In this document: positions 9,556 to 18,609 of the stretch, in pieces
How positions within the stretch are numbered: the stretch's first letter is position 1
Layout of the letters: the number at the start of each line of letters is the position of its first letter
The notes under the pieces: generated by a model
What the model saw: the letters and a program-made list of their open reading frames with translations, nothing else
Database searches by the model: none
Told to the model about the DNA's origin: nothing
Translations under genes and position numbers: made by a program
Source: a virus
Virus record (IMG/VR): IMGVR_UViG_3300035183_000096
Location: 32,001 to 96,000 of that record
Length of the DNA: 64,000 bases
Strand: one strand, 5' to 3'

Positions 9556-10329
9556 ATGTCAAAAATTATCGCTTTTTCAGGAAAGAAACAGTCTGGTAAA
9601 AATACAATGGCTAATTATTTAGCTGGCGAAATCTTAGTGCAAAAAGGGGTCATAAGCAAATATGCTATATCTGATAAGGGTGAGTTGTTGGTTCCGGCCC
9701 AAACATCGTATGGAGTAGTGATGGGTAATCTGGATTTGCTTAGACAAGATTCATCTTTTGTTGATTATGCTAGTAAATTAGTCTGGCCTCATGTTAAACT
9801 ATATAGTTTCGCTGAGCCAATCAAAGAAATATGCATGGACCTGTTTGACTTCACTTTTGAGGATGTTTATGGTACAGATGCTCAAAAAGATTCTAAGAGC
9901 AAGTTAAAGTGGGAAAATATGCCTAATTATATGGAGATGAAAATATCTAATAAATCAAAGGCTCCGAAAGGTTTTATGACTAATCGTGAGGTTATGCAAC
10001 ATATAGGTACAGAAATATTTGGGCGTATGTATCCTGATGTATGGGCTAAACATTTAATAAAGCGAGTAAGAAGAGATAGTCCATCCGTAGCTATGATATG
10101 TGATTGTCGTTTCCATAATGAAGTAGCTGTAATACAAGATGCTGGTGGTAAGGTTGTCCGTCTTACTCGTAAAGTTTATGATGACAAACACCTGAGCGAA
10201 ACCTCTTTGGATAAAGATGTGTTTGATTGGTCTAAATTCGACTTGATAGTAGATAATGAAAACCAAACTAAGTTTCAGACCTATCAAGCTATTAAACCTA
10301 AACTTATTGAGTGGGGTATTCTTGCCTAA
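9556..10329 (+). CDS. Deoxynucleoside monophosphate kinase (T4 gp1-like)
   Basis: FSGKKQSGKNT P-loop, SFAEPIK, REVMQ.IGTE, DCRF.NE, HLSE. Confidence 0.85.
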   Translation: MSKIIAFSGKKQSGKNTMANYLAGEILVQKGVISKYAISDKGELLVPAQTSYGVVMGNLDLLRQDSSFVDYASKLVWPHVKLYSFAEPIKEICMDLFDFTFEDVYGTDAQKDSKSKLKWENMPNYMEMKISNKSKAPKGFMTNREVMQHIGTEIFGRMYPDVWAKHLIKRVRRDSPSVAMICDCRFHNEVAVIQDAGGKVVRLTRKVYDDKHLSETSLDKDVFDWSKFDLIVDNENQTKFQTYQAIKPKLIEWGILA

Positions 10330-11325
10330 ATGATTACAACCTATTTACGGTCCTCTAGTTATTCAGCTTATGATTTTTGCCCACATAAGTATTATTTACA
10401 ATATGTATTAGGGTTATTTGAGCCATCTAACAAGAAGGCAGATAAAGGTAATATAGTGCATAAAGCGCTAGAACTTTTAGCAAAAAGAAGAATAGCTGAG
10501 TTGAGAAATGAAGAAAGGGTAAGCGATATAGAAGTGTTTGGTGAAGATAGCATTCCTGCAAAAAGTATTAGTCCTGAATTTGCTTTAGAAAAAGCGTGGG
10601 CACACTGCACAAGTAAGTTTACTAATCATCAGTGGGAGATTGCTGACTTTAATTGGTGTGAGAAAGCTATCAATATAGTTTTAGATTTTAATAAAGGAAT
10701 GTTCTCGCCACTTAATATGAATGTGTTGGCTGCTGAACAAAGATTCGATTTTGAAATCATTAAACCTTGGTCGCATTATAAATGGGGCGATATTGAAGGA
10801 TACTTAGGTCTTAAGGGTACTATTGACCTTATAGTTCAACCTTACGAAAACGTAATAGAGATTGTGGATTGGAAAACCGGCCAACGTAAAGACTGGAATA
10901 CAAATGAAGAGAAGACAATAGTTAAATTAGAGGATGACCCGCAACTTCGCATTTATTACTATGCTGCTCGCCAGCTTTATCCAGATATTCAGGATGTTTT
11001 TATTACAATCTTCTATATAATGGACGGTGGACCTTTCTCTATATGCTTTAGTGGTAACGAGTTAGAAAGAACGGAAGAGATGATTAAAGAGCGATTCGAG
11101 AAAATCAAATCCACACAACGTCCTAAGCTCATCTATCCGGATTGGAAATGCACAAAGTTATGTCATTTTGGTAAGGTAAAGATTGGGCCAAATGAAGATG
11201 ATAAAACGATATGTATGCACCATAAAGATGAGATTATTCAATTAGGTATAGATAGAGCGACTAAAAAATATGCAGATATGAATAAACTAACTAAGTATGG
11301 TGCTGGAGGAGGCAAGTATGAATGA
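10330..11325 (+). CDS. Cas4-like/RecB-family PD-(D/E)XK exonuclease
   Basis: FCP, G.IVH, GTIDL, IVDWKTG, QLRIY, and C-terminal Cys residues (CTKLC...C) consistent with an Fe-S cluster. Confidence 0.85.
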   Translation: MITTYLRSSSYSAYDFCPHKYYLQYVLGLFEPSNKKADKGNIVHKALELLAKRRIAELRNEERVSDIEVFGEDSIPAKSISPEFALEKAWAHCTSKFTNHQWEIADFNWCEKAINIVLDFNKGMFSPLNMNVLAAEQRFDFEIIKPWSHYKWGDIEGYLGLKGTIDLIVQPYENVIEIVDWKTGQRKDWNTNEEKTIVKLEDDPQLRIYYYAARQLYPDIQDVFITIFYIMDGGPFSICFSGNELERTEEMIKERFEKIKSTQRPKLIYPDWKCTKLCHFGKVKIGPNEDDKTICMHHKDEIIQLGIDRATKKYADMNKLTKYGAGGGKYE

Positions 11326-11815
11326 AATTAAGATAAGTATAGATGAGTTAAGAGCATTATTGTTTCCGCCCGTAAAGATTAGAGTTCTACGAACAGCGGA
11401 AAACGCTAAAATTCCAGTGCGTGCGACATCCGGTAGTTCTGGTTATGATTTGTATGCTATTAAGCCAATTACTATTTATCCAGCACCAGGAAATCATCTC
11501 GTTATTCCGACCGGCCTAGAAGTAGCTATACCTTATGGATATGAATTACAAATTCGGGCAAAAAGCGGTTTAGCCGCAAAAGCCGCCTTGACAACGGCTA
11601 ATGGGATTGGTACAATAGATTCGGACTACCGTGGAAGTTTAGGTGTGATTATGATTAACCTTGGACAACATGAATATGAATTTAATGTAGGTGATAAGGT
11701 GGCTCAAGTAGTTTGTTGCAAGGTAGAGGAGATTGATTGGGAGGAGGTTAAGTCTAAAGATGAACTTGGAAACACATCAAGAGGCTCTGGAGGCTATGGT
11801 TCCACTGGTAAATGA
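11318..11815 (+). CDS. dut: Trimeric dUTPase
   Basis: All five motifs present: SGYDL, KSGLA, GTIDSDYRG, AQ, RGSGGYGSTG. Confidence 0.96.
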   Translation: MNEIKISIDELRALLFPPVKIRVLRTAENAKIPVRATSGSSGYDLYAIKPITIYPAPGNHLVIPTGLEVAIPYGYELQIRAKSGLAAKAALTTANGIGTIDSDYRGSLGVIMINLGQHEYEFNVGDKVAQVVCCKVEEIDWEEVKSKDELGNTSRGSGGYGSTGK

Positions 11816-11831
11816 GGAGTGAAAGAAAATC

Positions 11832-12023
11832 ATGGATAACCAAGAACATACACCCATAGTTATGTCTCCACCTATAGATATGGCATATTTAAGGGCCGCA
11901 TCCCGCTTAATAGTTAAACAGCTTAATAGTGAAATCAATAAGCGTAGGAAGGCAGAACACGATAAGCGTAAAGCAAAGAGGAAGTTCGCTAGGGCTAGTC
12001 GCAAAAGAAACAGGAGAAAGTAA
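11832..12023 (+). CDS. Small, very basic hypothetical protein
   Basis: GAGGAG RBS; K/R-rich C-terminus; TAATG coupling to dnaE-N. Confidence 0.6.
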   Translation: MDNQEHTPIVMSPPIDMAYLRAASRLIVKQLNSEINKRRKAEHDKRKAKRKFARASRKRNRRK

Positions 12024-13981
12024 TGCCAGAATTTGTGCCTCTTCATGTACATGACCACTATTCTTTGCTTGACGGATTATCTAAGCCAGAACAGATTGCT
12101 AAGAGATGTCATAAATTAGGCTACAAGGCTTGTGCTATAACCAACCACGGTTCTATTAGCGGGGCGGTTGATTTTATTAAGGCTATGGAGAAAAAGACAA
12201 AAGAAGGCCAATCTATTAAATGGATATTGGGTAATGAGTTTTATCTTGCTGATAAGTCTCCAAGCATAAAAACAAAAGAAAATAGAAACAAGCATCATCT
12301 CTGTGTTCTTGCAAAGAATAAAGACGGCTGGAAATCTTTAGTTAAAGCTACCAGTGAGTCCAACAAACCTGATAACTTTTACTATCGCCCAAGACTGGAT
12401 TTAGATACACTGTCTAAGTTTACTGGTAATTTAATTGCCTTTAGCGGGCATCCAGGTTCTCAACTAGCTAATGTTCTATTCAAGAACCCTAAGATTGGCT
12501 ATAACGCTAAGACTACTACAGAAGCTAGAATGGTCCTTAAAGATAATTGGCGTGATGAAGCTATAGCTATAGCTGGCAAGCATCAAGATATTTTTGGCAA
12601 AGGCAACTTCTATATTGAGATACAGCTAGTTGATAAAACTAACTTACCATCTACCATAGTAATTGCTGAATGTCTAAGAGAGGTTTCAAGAATAACAGGT
12701 ATTCCATGTGTTGCTACACCAGACGCTCATTATCCATCCCGCAAGGATGCTGCTGACCAAAGGGTATTATTGGTTACAGCCTTACAAACAACATTAAGTT
12801 CGATTCATCATAAGATAGAGATAGAAGAAGAATTTGGGCTTGGTGGATTTTTCAAATCTAATAACTACCATATACCATCATTAGATGAGATGTTAGACTT
12901 GCATAGTGGATATGAACACGAAATACAAAATGCGGCAAACATTGCGGAGCAGTGTGAGACTTACAATTTAGCTGGTAAACCAAGCCTACCGCACTTTGAT
13001 TGTCCAAATGGTATGAATGAGGCGGAATATCTACGCCATCTATGTAGAGAAGGTTGGAAATATAAAATTGCACCTAAAATACCCAAGGACCAACAACAAG
13101 TATATGTTGATAGAATTAAGAAAGAAATGGAGGTTATTAACGGTGCTGGATTACCAGGATATTTTCTTATTGTTCAAGATTTTATTAAATACGCTAAAGA
13201 CCAAGGTTGGCTTGTTGGACCAGGAAGAGGTTCTGCTGCCGGATGCTTAATTTCTTACTTAATTGGTATTACAAGCATCGACCCTATTCCTTACGACCTA
13301 CTCTTTGAAAGATTTTATAACGCCGGTAGAAATACAGCTACTCACATTAGCTTTCCAGATATTGATTCTGACTTTCCAATAAGCAAAAGAGAAAGTGTAA
13401 TTGAGTATGTGATGAATAAGTATGGTAAAGAATATGTTTCTCAAATTGTCACTTTTGGTAGAATGCGGGGTCGTGGTGCAATCAAAGATGTGTTTAGGGC
13501 ACATGAAGCATGTAGCTTTGATACTATGAATAGGATAACAGAGTTTATTCCTGATGAGGCCAGGATTGCGGATGAACTTCAGGAAATGAAAGATGCCGGT
13601 GAAAATCCAAGTATTATCACATGGGCTTTGCGTAATAACTCAGACCAGCTTAAAGAATGGTGCTATCTTGACAAGGAAGGTAAATGTGATGGTCCTATGG
13701 CCCGTTTGTTTGAACAAGCTATTAGGTTGGAAGGAACCTTGCGTAACATGGGTAAACACGCGGCTGGCGTTGTAATTTCTACAGTTCCACTTGCCGAAGT
13801 CTGCCCTATGGTATATGATAATCATAGCAAGACGGTAAATGCCGGAATGGAATACGAAGGATTGGAATGGTTTGGCATACCAAAGTTTGATATTCTAGGC
13901 GTGGCATCTCTTGATAAAATCATGGGTGTCATTTCTATTCTTGAGAAAGGAAGTATTAGAGGAGAAAAAAATGCCAATTGA
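12023..13981 (+). CDS. dnaE: DNA polymerase III alpha, N-terminal half (PHP + palm/thumb)
   Basis: PHP HVHDHYS.LDG, TNHG, GNE, DAHY; GPGRGSAAG, LLFERF, catalytic PDIDSD, HAAGVVIS, KFDILG; the ORF ends shortly after. Confidence 0.95.
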   Translation: MPEFVPLHVHDHYSLLDGLSKPEQIAKRCHKLGYKACAITNHGSISGAVDFIKAMEKKTKEGQSIKWILGNEFYLADKSPSIKTKENRNKHHLCVLAKNKDGWKSLVKATSESNKPDNFYYRPRLDLDTLSKFTGNLIAFSGHPGSQLANVLFKNPKIGYNAKTTTEARMVLKDNWRDEAIAIAGKHQDIFGKGNFYIEIQLVDKTNLPSTIVIAECLREVSRITGIPCVATPDAHYPSRKDAADQRVLLVTALQTTLSSIHHKIEIEEEFGLGGFFKSNNYHIPSLDEMLDLHSGYEHEIQNAANIAEQCETYNLAGKPSLPHFDCPNGMNEAEYLRHLCREGWKYKIAPKIPKDQQQVYVDRIKKEMEVINGAGLPGYFLIVQDFIKYAKDQGWLVGPGRGSAAGCLISYLIGITSIDPIPYDLLFERFYNAGRNTATHISFPDIDSDFPISKRESVIEYVMNKYGKEYVSQIVTFGRMRGRGAIKDVFRAHEACSFDTMNRITEFIPDEARIADELQEMKDAGENPSIITWALRNNSDQLKEWCYLDKEGKCDGPMARLFEQAIRLEGTLRNMGKHAAGVVISTVPLAEVCPMVYDNHSKTVNAGMEYEGLEWFGIPKFDILGVASLDKIMGVISILEKGSIRGEKNAN

Positions 13982-14531
13982 TTTTAACAGCATGAGTGCT
14001 TGTACTATTTGCCCTATAAGGAGTGGTTGTAAACAAGTTGTTGTTGGATTCGGTAATACAAACAGCAAGTTAGTTTTTGTGGGAGAGGCTCCTGGGGCCG
14101 ATGAAGATATTATCGGTAGGCCGTTTGTCGGTCGCGGCGGTCAACTACTAAGTAAATTGTTAAAAGAAGCGGGTATTGACCGTAAAGATGTCTATATTAC
14201 AAATGCTGTTAAGTGTCGCCCACCCAACAACAGAACACCAACCGCTAATGAATTATCACAATGTAAAAGGTGGTTATGGTATGAACTTAAGACCATACAA
14301 CCAAAAGCTGTTGTTACTCTTGGACGAACGCCTACTTTTCTTTTGCTTACTCTTAAACCAAATGATAGTATGAGTAAGCATGTCGGTTATCCACATACAG
14401 TAAACTATATGGCAGCTAAGATTTATCCTTGGTATCATCCAAGTTTCCTACTTAGGAAGGGTGGAAATTTTGATAAAAAAACAGTTGCCCTTTTTGAGGA
14501 GATTAAAAATGGGATTCTTTTGGAAAGATAA
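13971..14531 (+). CDS. Uracil-DNA glycosylase, family 4 (Fe-S)
   Basis: CTICP, VGEAPG, GRPFVG, TNAVKCRPP.NR.P, YHPS. Confidence 0.93.
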   Translation: MPIDFNSMSACTICPIRSGCKQVVVGFGNTNSKLVFVGEAPGADEDIIGRPFVGRGGQLLSKLLKEAGIDRKDVYITNAVKCRPPNNRTPTANELSQCKRWLWYELKTIQPKAVVTLGRTPTFLLLTLKPNDSMSKHVGYPHTVNYMAAKIYPWYHPSFLLRKGGNFDKKTVALFEEIKNGILLER

Positions 14532-14868
14532 AAAAGAAAATCGTGAGGCTGAAAAACTTGCATTATTACTTACTCGTTCGAGACAGAAGTATAAGCAATT
14601 AAAGCGTAATGCTTTAGCAGAAATACGCAAGTATCAAATTGCTAATGCCGAATTGGTTAAGGCTGTTACTACTCTTGTTGTTAAGGCTGGCGGCGAAGTC
14701 TTAGTCGAGAAGGATTTGCTTGATGCGGTAAAAGACTTGGATAGCAAATTTAGATTAGATATTATAGAGGTTAAGGATACTCCTGGTGACTTAAAGTTCC
14801 GCGTAGTTCAAGTTGGCCCAAACAATCCGGTTGAAGAATTTGAGGAAGAAAAGGATGAGCAACAATAA
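14509..14868 (+). CDS. Hypothetical protein
   Basis: GAGGAG RBS before ATG 14509. Confidence 0.65.
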   Translation: MGFFWKDKKENREAEKLALLLTRSRQKYKQLKRNALAEIRKYQIANAELVKAVTTLVVKAGGEVLVEKDLLDAVKDLDSKFRLDIIEVKDTPGDLKFRVVQVGPNNPVEEFEEEKDEQQ

Positions 14869-15547
14869 TATATTGGTGTTAGATTTTGAAACAGTTGGAT
14901 ACGCTCCTAAAGAGTCTATGAATCCTAATGTTTGTGACCCAGTACAAATTGCCGTCGTGCCTATTGATGGTAAGACTATGCAAGTAAAATATGATAAGTC
15001 TTTCTCTTCTATGATTAAGCCAAGTAAAAGTGTGGACCTTATAGATAAGGAAACCTTACAATGGCATTCAGAGAAGTTAAAAAAGTCTCCAGAGGAACTA
15101 AAAAAGGCCTGGAATGAAGCTCCGGTTTTAAGCGTTGTATGGAACTCTTTATTGTCTTATATAGACACGCATCGTACTAGTAAGACATCCTGGGGTTTGC
15201 CAATTCTGGCTGGACACAACATTAGAAGGTTTGATTGTATCATATTGGAACGCATACAACGAGAGCTTGGCCCGAAGGACAAGGCAATATTCCACGAACG
15301 TGAATTTATCGACACGATGAATTATTTATGGTTCTGGCTTGAAGATGATACTCGTGTAAAGTCGTATTCTCTTGATAATTTAAGAAAGTTTTTTGGAATG
15401 TCAGAAGATGGTGGGCATGAGGCTTTACAAGACTGTAAGGATTGTGCGGCTATATTTGCCAGATTTATGCGTCATCAACGCAATCAAGCTAAAAAGGTGA
15501 ATTTTGCCAATCAGTTTAAGGACTGGAAGGATAAGGGGCTAGAATGA
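14855..15547 (+). CDS. DnaQ-like DEDDh 3'-5' exonuclease
   Basis: ExoI LDFET, ExoII GHNI..FD, ExoIII HEALQD. Confidence 0.9.
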   Translation: MSNNNILVLDFETVGYAPKESMNPNVCDPVQIAVVPIDGKTMQVKYDKSFSSMIKPSKSVDLIDKETLQWHSEKLKKSPEELKKAWNEAPVLSVVWNSLLSYIDTHRTSKTSWGLPILAGHNIRRFDCIILERIQRELGPKDKAIFHEREFIDTMNYLWFWLEDDTRVKSYSLDNLRKFFGMSEDGGHEALQDCKDCAAIFARFMRHQRNQAKKVNFANQFKDWKDKGLE

Positions 15548-17715
15548 AACTTTATACGATGGATTGCGGATGTCAGTTTGAGGTTATAGAGGATAGAGGG
15601 GTTAACAAGACCCCAAGAATTAAGATAAATGTAGCAACCATCTATGATGAACTAAGACTTGAATGCCCAAGAACCATATCCCTTTTAGCTAGTGGATTAA
15701 CAAAGGGGGTATTTCAACTAGAAAGCCAACTTGGTCGTAATTGGGTTAAGAAACTAAAACCTGAAAATCTTGAGCATATGGCGGCTCTTGTTGCATTGTT
15801 AAGGCCTGGTTGTATATCAGGTGATACTCTTATATCAGTTAAGATGTATGATGGAGATTGGAAGAAGTTTACTATTAAAGAACTTTATGAGAAATGGCGA
15901 CGTGGGCATCTCAATTCTGAACATGGTATTGTATCATTAGATGAATCAAGTTGCTTGTTATTTAATAATAGAATTAAAAATATAATATATAGTGGACAAA
16001 AAAGAGTGTACAAAGTCAATATCAAGAATAGGAAAGAGGAACGTGTTAATGATAAGTTTTATACTCTTGAATGTACATATGACCATAAACTACTAACATT
16101 TGACAGAGGATGGATTCCTTTGTCAAAATTAAGACTTGGGGATAGAATAGCGGTTATAAGCAAAAGTAAGTATGTAAAAAATTTCAGAGACTTGTATAAG
16201 TACGAGAATTATACACAATGGGCCGAGTATGATGGATGTATTGATATTGGTGTCAAGGATACATATGATATAACTGTAAATGGTCCAAATCATAACTTTA
16301 TTGCTGGAAATGTTGTTGTGCATAACTGCCTTGAAGCTAAAGACGAGAATGGCGTGTCGATGACAGAACACTATTGTCGTAGGAAAAACTTCCAAGAAGA
16401 AACGACCGTGTTTCATAAAGCCATTGAGCCTATCCTTGCTCCAACTTATCAGGTTTTAACTTATCAAGAACAGGCTATGATTATAGCGGCTCGTGTTGCC
16501 GGGTTCAATCTTATGCAAGCCGATAACCTTCGTAAAGCCATGGGCAAGAAGTTACCGGAAGAGATGGCTAAAGTGAAAGTTATGTTTGTTGAAGGAGCCG
16601 CTAAACTTGGAGCATTAACTACAGAGGAAGCCGCCGAAATCTTTAGTTGGATTGAGAAGGCTCAGCGTTATTCTTTTAATAAACCGCACGCTATATGTTA
16701 TGGTAAGATTGGTCTTGTGACCGCGTACTTAAAGTCTCACTTTCCTATAGAGTTCTTCACATCATGGCTTACTTATGCTATGTATAAACAAAATCCGCAT
16801 GATGAAGTTAAGGAACTTGTTGAAGACGCTAAATTATTTGATGTGACCGTATTACCACCCGAAATTACAAGAATGGATATAGATTTTGCAACAGACCAAG
16901 AAAGTAAGATTTGGTTTGGGCTTGGTAATATTAAGGGTGTAGGACAATCGCAGATAAGCAAATTGAAAGATGTGGTTAGTGCCGCTGAAAATAAGCTAGG
17001 ACGTAAATTTTCTGAAATGAAGTGGTTTGAGATTATGAGTCATATCTTGGATAATCTTAACAGTGCTGCTTCTGAAATATTTATACTATCAGGTGCTTTG
17101 TCCGGCGTAGTCTTTCTGCAAAGAAGACGTATGTTAGAGGAATGGAAGGCCTGGTCTTTGCTGACTGATAAAGAACGTGAATGGATTAAGGCTAGAGAGT
17201 TTAATGATTTAAGTGAGGCTTTAAGTGCTGTTGGTAGAACAAAGAAGGAAGGTGGGGGTGCAGCTAATTTTAAGAGAGTAGAAATTATACAAGGCACAAA
17301 GAAAATTTTGGATAATCCAGCTACGCCTCTAGTAGATGATTCTCGTTGGCTTGTCTGGCACGAAACTAATTTGCTTGGCATACCTTTAACTGCTAGCGTG
17401 TTAGATGGTAAGGATACAGAGTATGCTACAAATGCCACTTGCAAAGATGTACTTAATGGAAAGAAGGGTCCAATTACATTAGCCGCCGAAGTACGTTCTT
17501 GTAGAGAAATAAAGATTAAGAATGGCAAAAACATTGGTCGTAAGATGGCGTTTGTTAGTTTGGCTGACCCTACTTGCGTGATAGATAGTGTGGTTATGTG
17601 GTGTAACGAGTATGAAACACAAGGCGGATTACTTGTTGAGGGTAACACACTGATAGTCCACGGTGAAGCGGATAAAAAAGGAACTTTCGCTATACGAAAA
17701 GCGGTTCAAATTTGA
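15544..17715 (+). CDS. dnaE: DNA polymerase III alpha, C-terminal half (fingers, HhH, OB), intein-containing
   Basis: TKGVFQLES, LLRPG, YQEQ.M, ADNLRKAMGKK, YSFNKPHA, GL.NIKGVG, OB-fold MAFVSL.D. Confidence 0.93.
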   Translation: MKLYTMDCGCQFEVIEDRGVNKTPRIKINVATIYDELRLECPRTISLLASGLTKGVFQLESQLGRNWVKKLKPENLEHMAALVALLRPGCISGDTLISVKMYDGDWKKFTIKELYEKWRRGHLNSEHGIVSLDESSCLLFNNRIKNIIYSGQKRVYKVNIKNRKEERVNDKFYTLECTYDHKLLTFDRGWIPLSKLRLGDRIAVISKSKYVKNFRDLYKYENYTQWAEYDGCIDIGVKDTYDITVNGPNHNFIAGNVVVHNCLEAKDENGVSMTEHYCRRKNFQEETTVFHKAIEPILAPTYQVLTYQEQAMIIAARVAGFNLMQADNLRKAMGKKLPEEMAKVKVMFVEGAAKLGALTTEEAAEIFSWIEKAQRYSFNKPHAICYGKIGLVTAYLKSHFPIEFFTSWLTYAMYKQNPHDEVKELVEDAKLFDVTVLPPEITRMDIDFATDQESKIWFGLGNIKGVGQSQISKLKDVVSAAENKLGRKFSEMKWFEIMSHILDNLNSAASEIFILSGALSGVVFLQRRRMLEEWKAWSLLTDKEREWIKAREFNDLSEALSAVGRTKKEGGGAANFKRVEIIQGTKKILDNPATPLVDDSRWLVWHETNLLGIPLTASVLDGKDTEYATNATCKDVLNGKKGPITLAAEVRSCREIKIKNGKNIGRKMAFVSLADPTCVIDSVVMWCNEYETQGGLLVEGNTLIVHGEADKKGTFAIRKAVQI
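15811..16326 (+). mobile_element. Mini-intein (172 aa, no homing endonuclease) in dnaE C-half
   Basis: Block A CISGDTLI, block B CTYDHKLL, blocks F/G TYDITV...HNFIAGNVVVHN, followed by Cys+1. Confidence 0.92.
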
Positions 17716-17722
17716 AATGTAC

Positions 17723-17752
17723 TTGACAAACTATCCGGATTGAGGGCATAAT
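17723..17752 (+). promoter_or_regulatory. Sigma70-type promoter upstream of ssb
   Basis: TTGACA-N18-CATAAT in intergenic space; GAGGAG RBS downstream. Confidence 0.6.
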
Positions 17753-17790
17753 TAACTAGGAAGTTTGAATAATAACTGAGGAGAATATAC

Positions 17791-18153
17791 ATGAACATAT
17801 GCATATTTGATGGAAGACTAGCACACGACCCAGAATTGACAAATCTAAGTAATGGTAATACTGTATGCAACTTTACGGTTATTGCTCGCAGTTCCAGACG
17901 CACTAAAAGCGGTGACATCATTAACGAATCCGCTTATCTTGATTGCGAAGCGTGGGATACTGCTGCTAAATTGATTGCTAGCACATATAAGAAGGGTGAT
18001 GCTATCCTTGTGAATGCTTCTGCTAAAACAGATAAATGGGATAGTAAGGTTGATGGTCAAAAAAGAAGTAAGATTAAGTTTAGGGTAAATAGTTTTCAAC
18101 CTATAAAGTATCTATCTAAGACTACAGATAAGGTTGATGAAGTTGTAATGTGA
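17791..18153 (+). CDS. ssb: Single-stranded DNA-binding protein (OB fold, no acidic tail)
   Basis: MN...GRL..DPEL, CNF.V, DCEAW..A, KG..I.V, W....GQKRS. Confidence 0.9.
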   Translation: MNICIFDGRLAHDPELTNLSNGNTVCNFTVIARSSRRTKSGDIINESAYLDCEAWDTAAKLIASTYKKGDAILVNASAKTDKWDSKVDGQKRSKIKFRVNSFQPIKYLSKTTDKVDEVVM

Positions 18154-18389
18154 GTTGGATTATTAAAGGCTTACAGTACAACAACTGTGAGCCTTTTGTT
18201 AATCTGGAAGCTAAAACTCAATCACAACTCTTTATACATCCAGATTGGGGTAAATATGTATCCCATAAGGCTGAGAGAATTATCAGTAGGCACATACAGT
18301 TCCCAATAGTAGAATGTAAGCTAAAAATTAAGTATGAGGCATTTGATGTTGAATGGATTGGGTATAATGCTTCTAGCAAAGATAAATAG
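18150..18389 (+). CDS. Hypothetical protein
   Basis: GTGA overlap with the ssb stop (translational coupling). Confidence 0.5.
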   Translation: MSWIIKGLQYNNCEPFVNLEAKTQSQLFIHPDWGKYVSHKAERIISRHIQFPIVECKLKIKYEAFDVEWIGYNASSKDK

Positions 18390-18390
18390 T

Positions 18391-18600
18391 ATGAGTGGGA
18401 AGGAATTATTTGATTGTGAGGCAAGACCTTATCCTACGATAAAAGATGGTGGTAAAGAAGTACCTAAAATAATTTTCAAAGAAAACTATAGTTGTGTTAA
18501 TAAAAACCGAATGAAAGAAAGACTAGCTATATGGAGTATGAGTTCAGTAACACTAACAGGAAATTTACCACAAAACAATTGGCTTATGTGTTCTGAATAG
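18391..18600 (+). CDS. Hypothetical protein
   Basis: ATG one base after the previous stop; fills the gap before the GT gene. Confidence 0.4.
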   Translation: MSGKELFDCEARPYPTIKDGGKEVPKIIFKENYSCVNKNRMKERLAIWSMSSVTLTGNLPQNNWLMCSE

Positions 18601-18609
18601 GATGTAAAA

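Noticed and set aside
9556-10329. dNMP kinase as proof of a modified base
   Set aside because: This kinase family also occurs in phages with unmodified DNA, and no base-modifying synthase is visible in the window.
10330-11325. Cas4-like gene as evidence of a CRISPR-Cas system
   Set aside because: No repeat-spacer array or other cas genes are visible; stand-alone Cas4-like exonucleases are common in phage replication modules.
13900-15620. Split intein joining the two DnaE halves
   Set aside because: DnaE-N ends without a block A/B intein fragment and DnaE-C starts without a block F/G fragment; the only intein is complete and internal.
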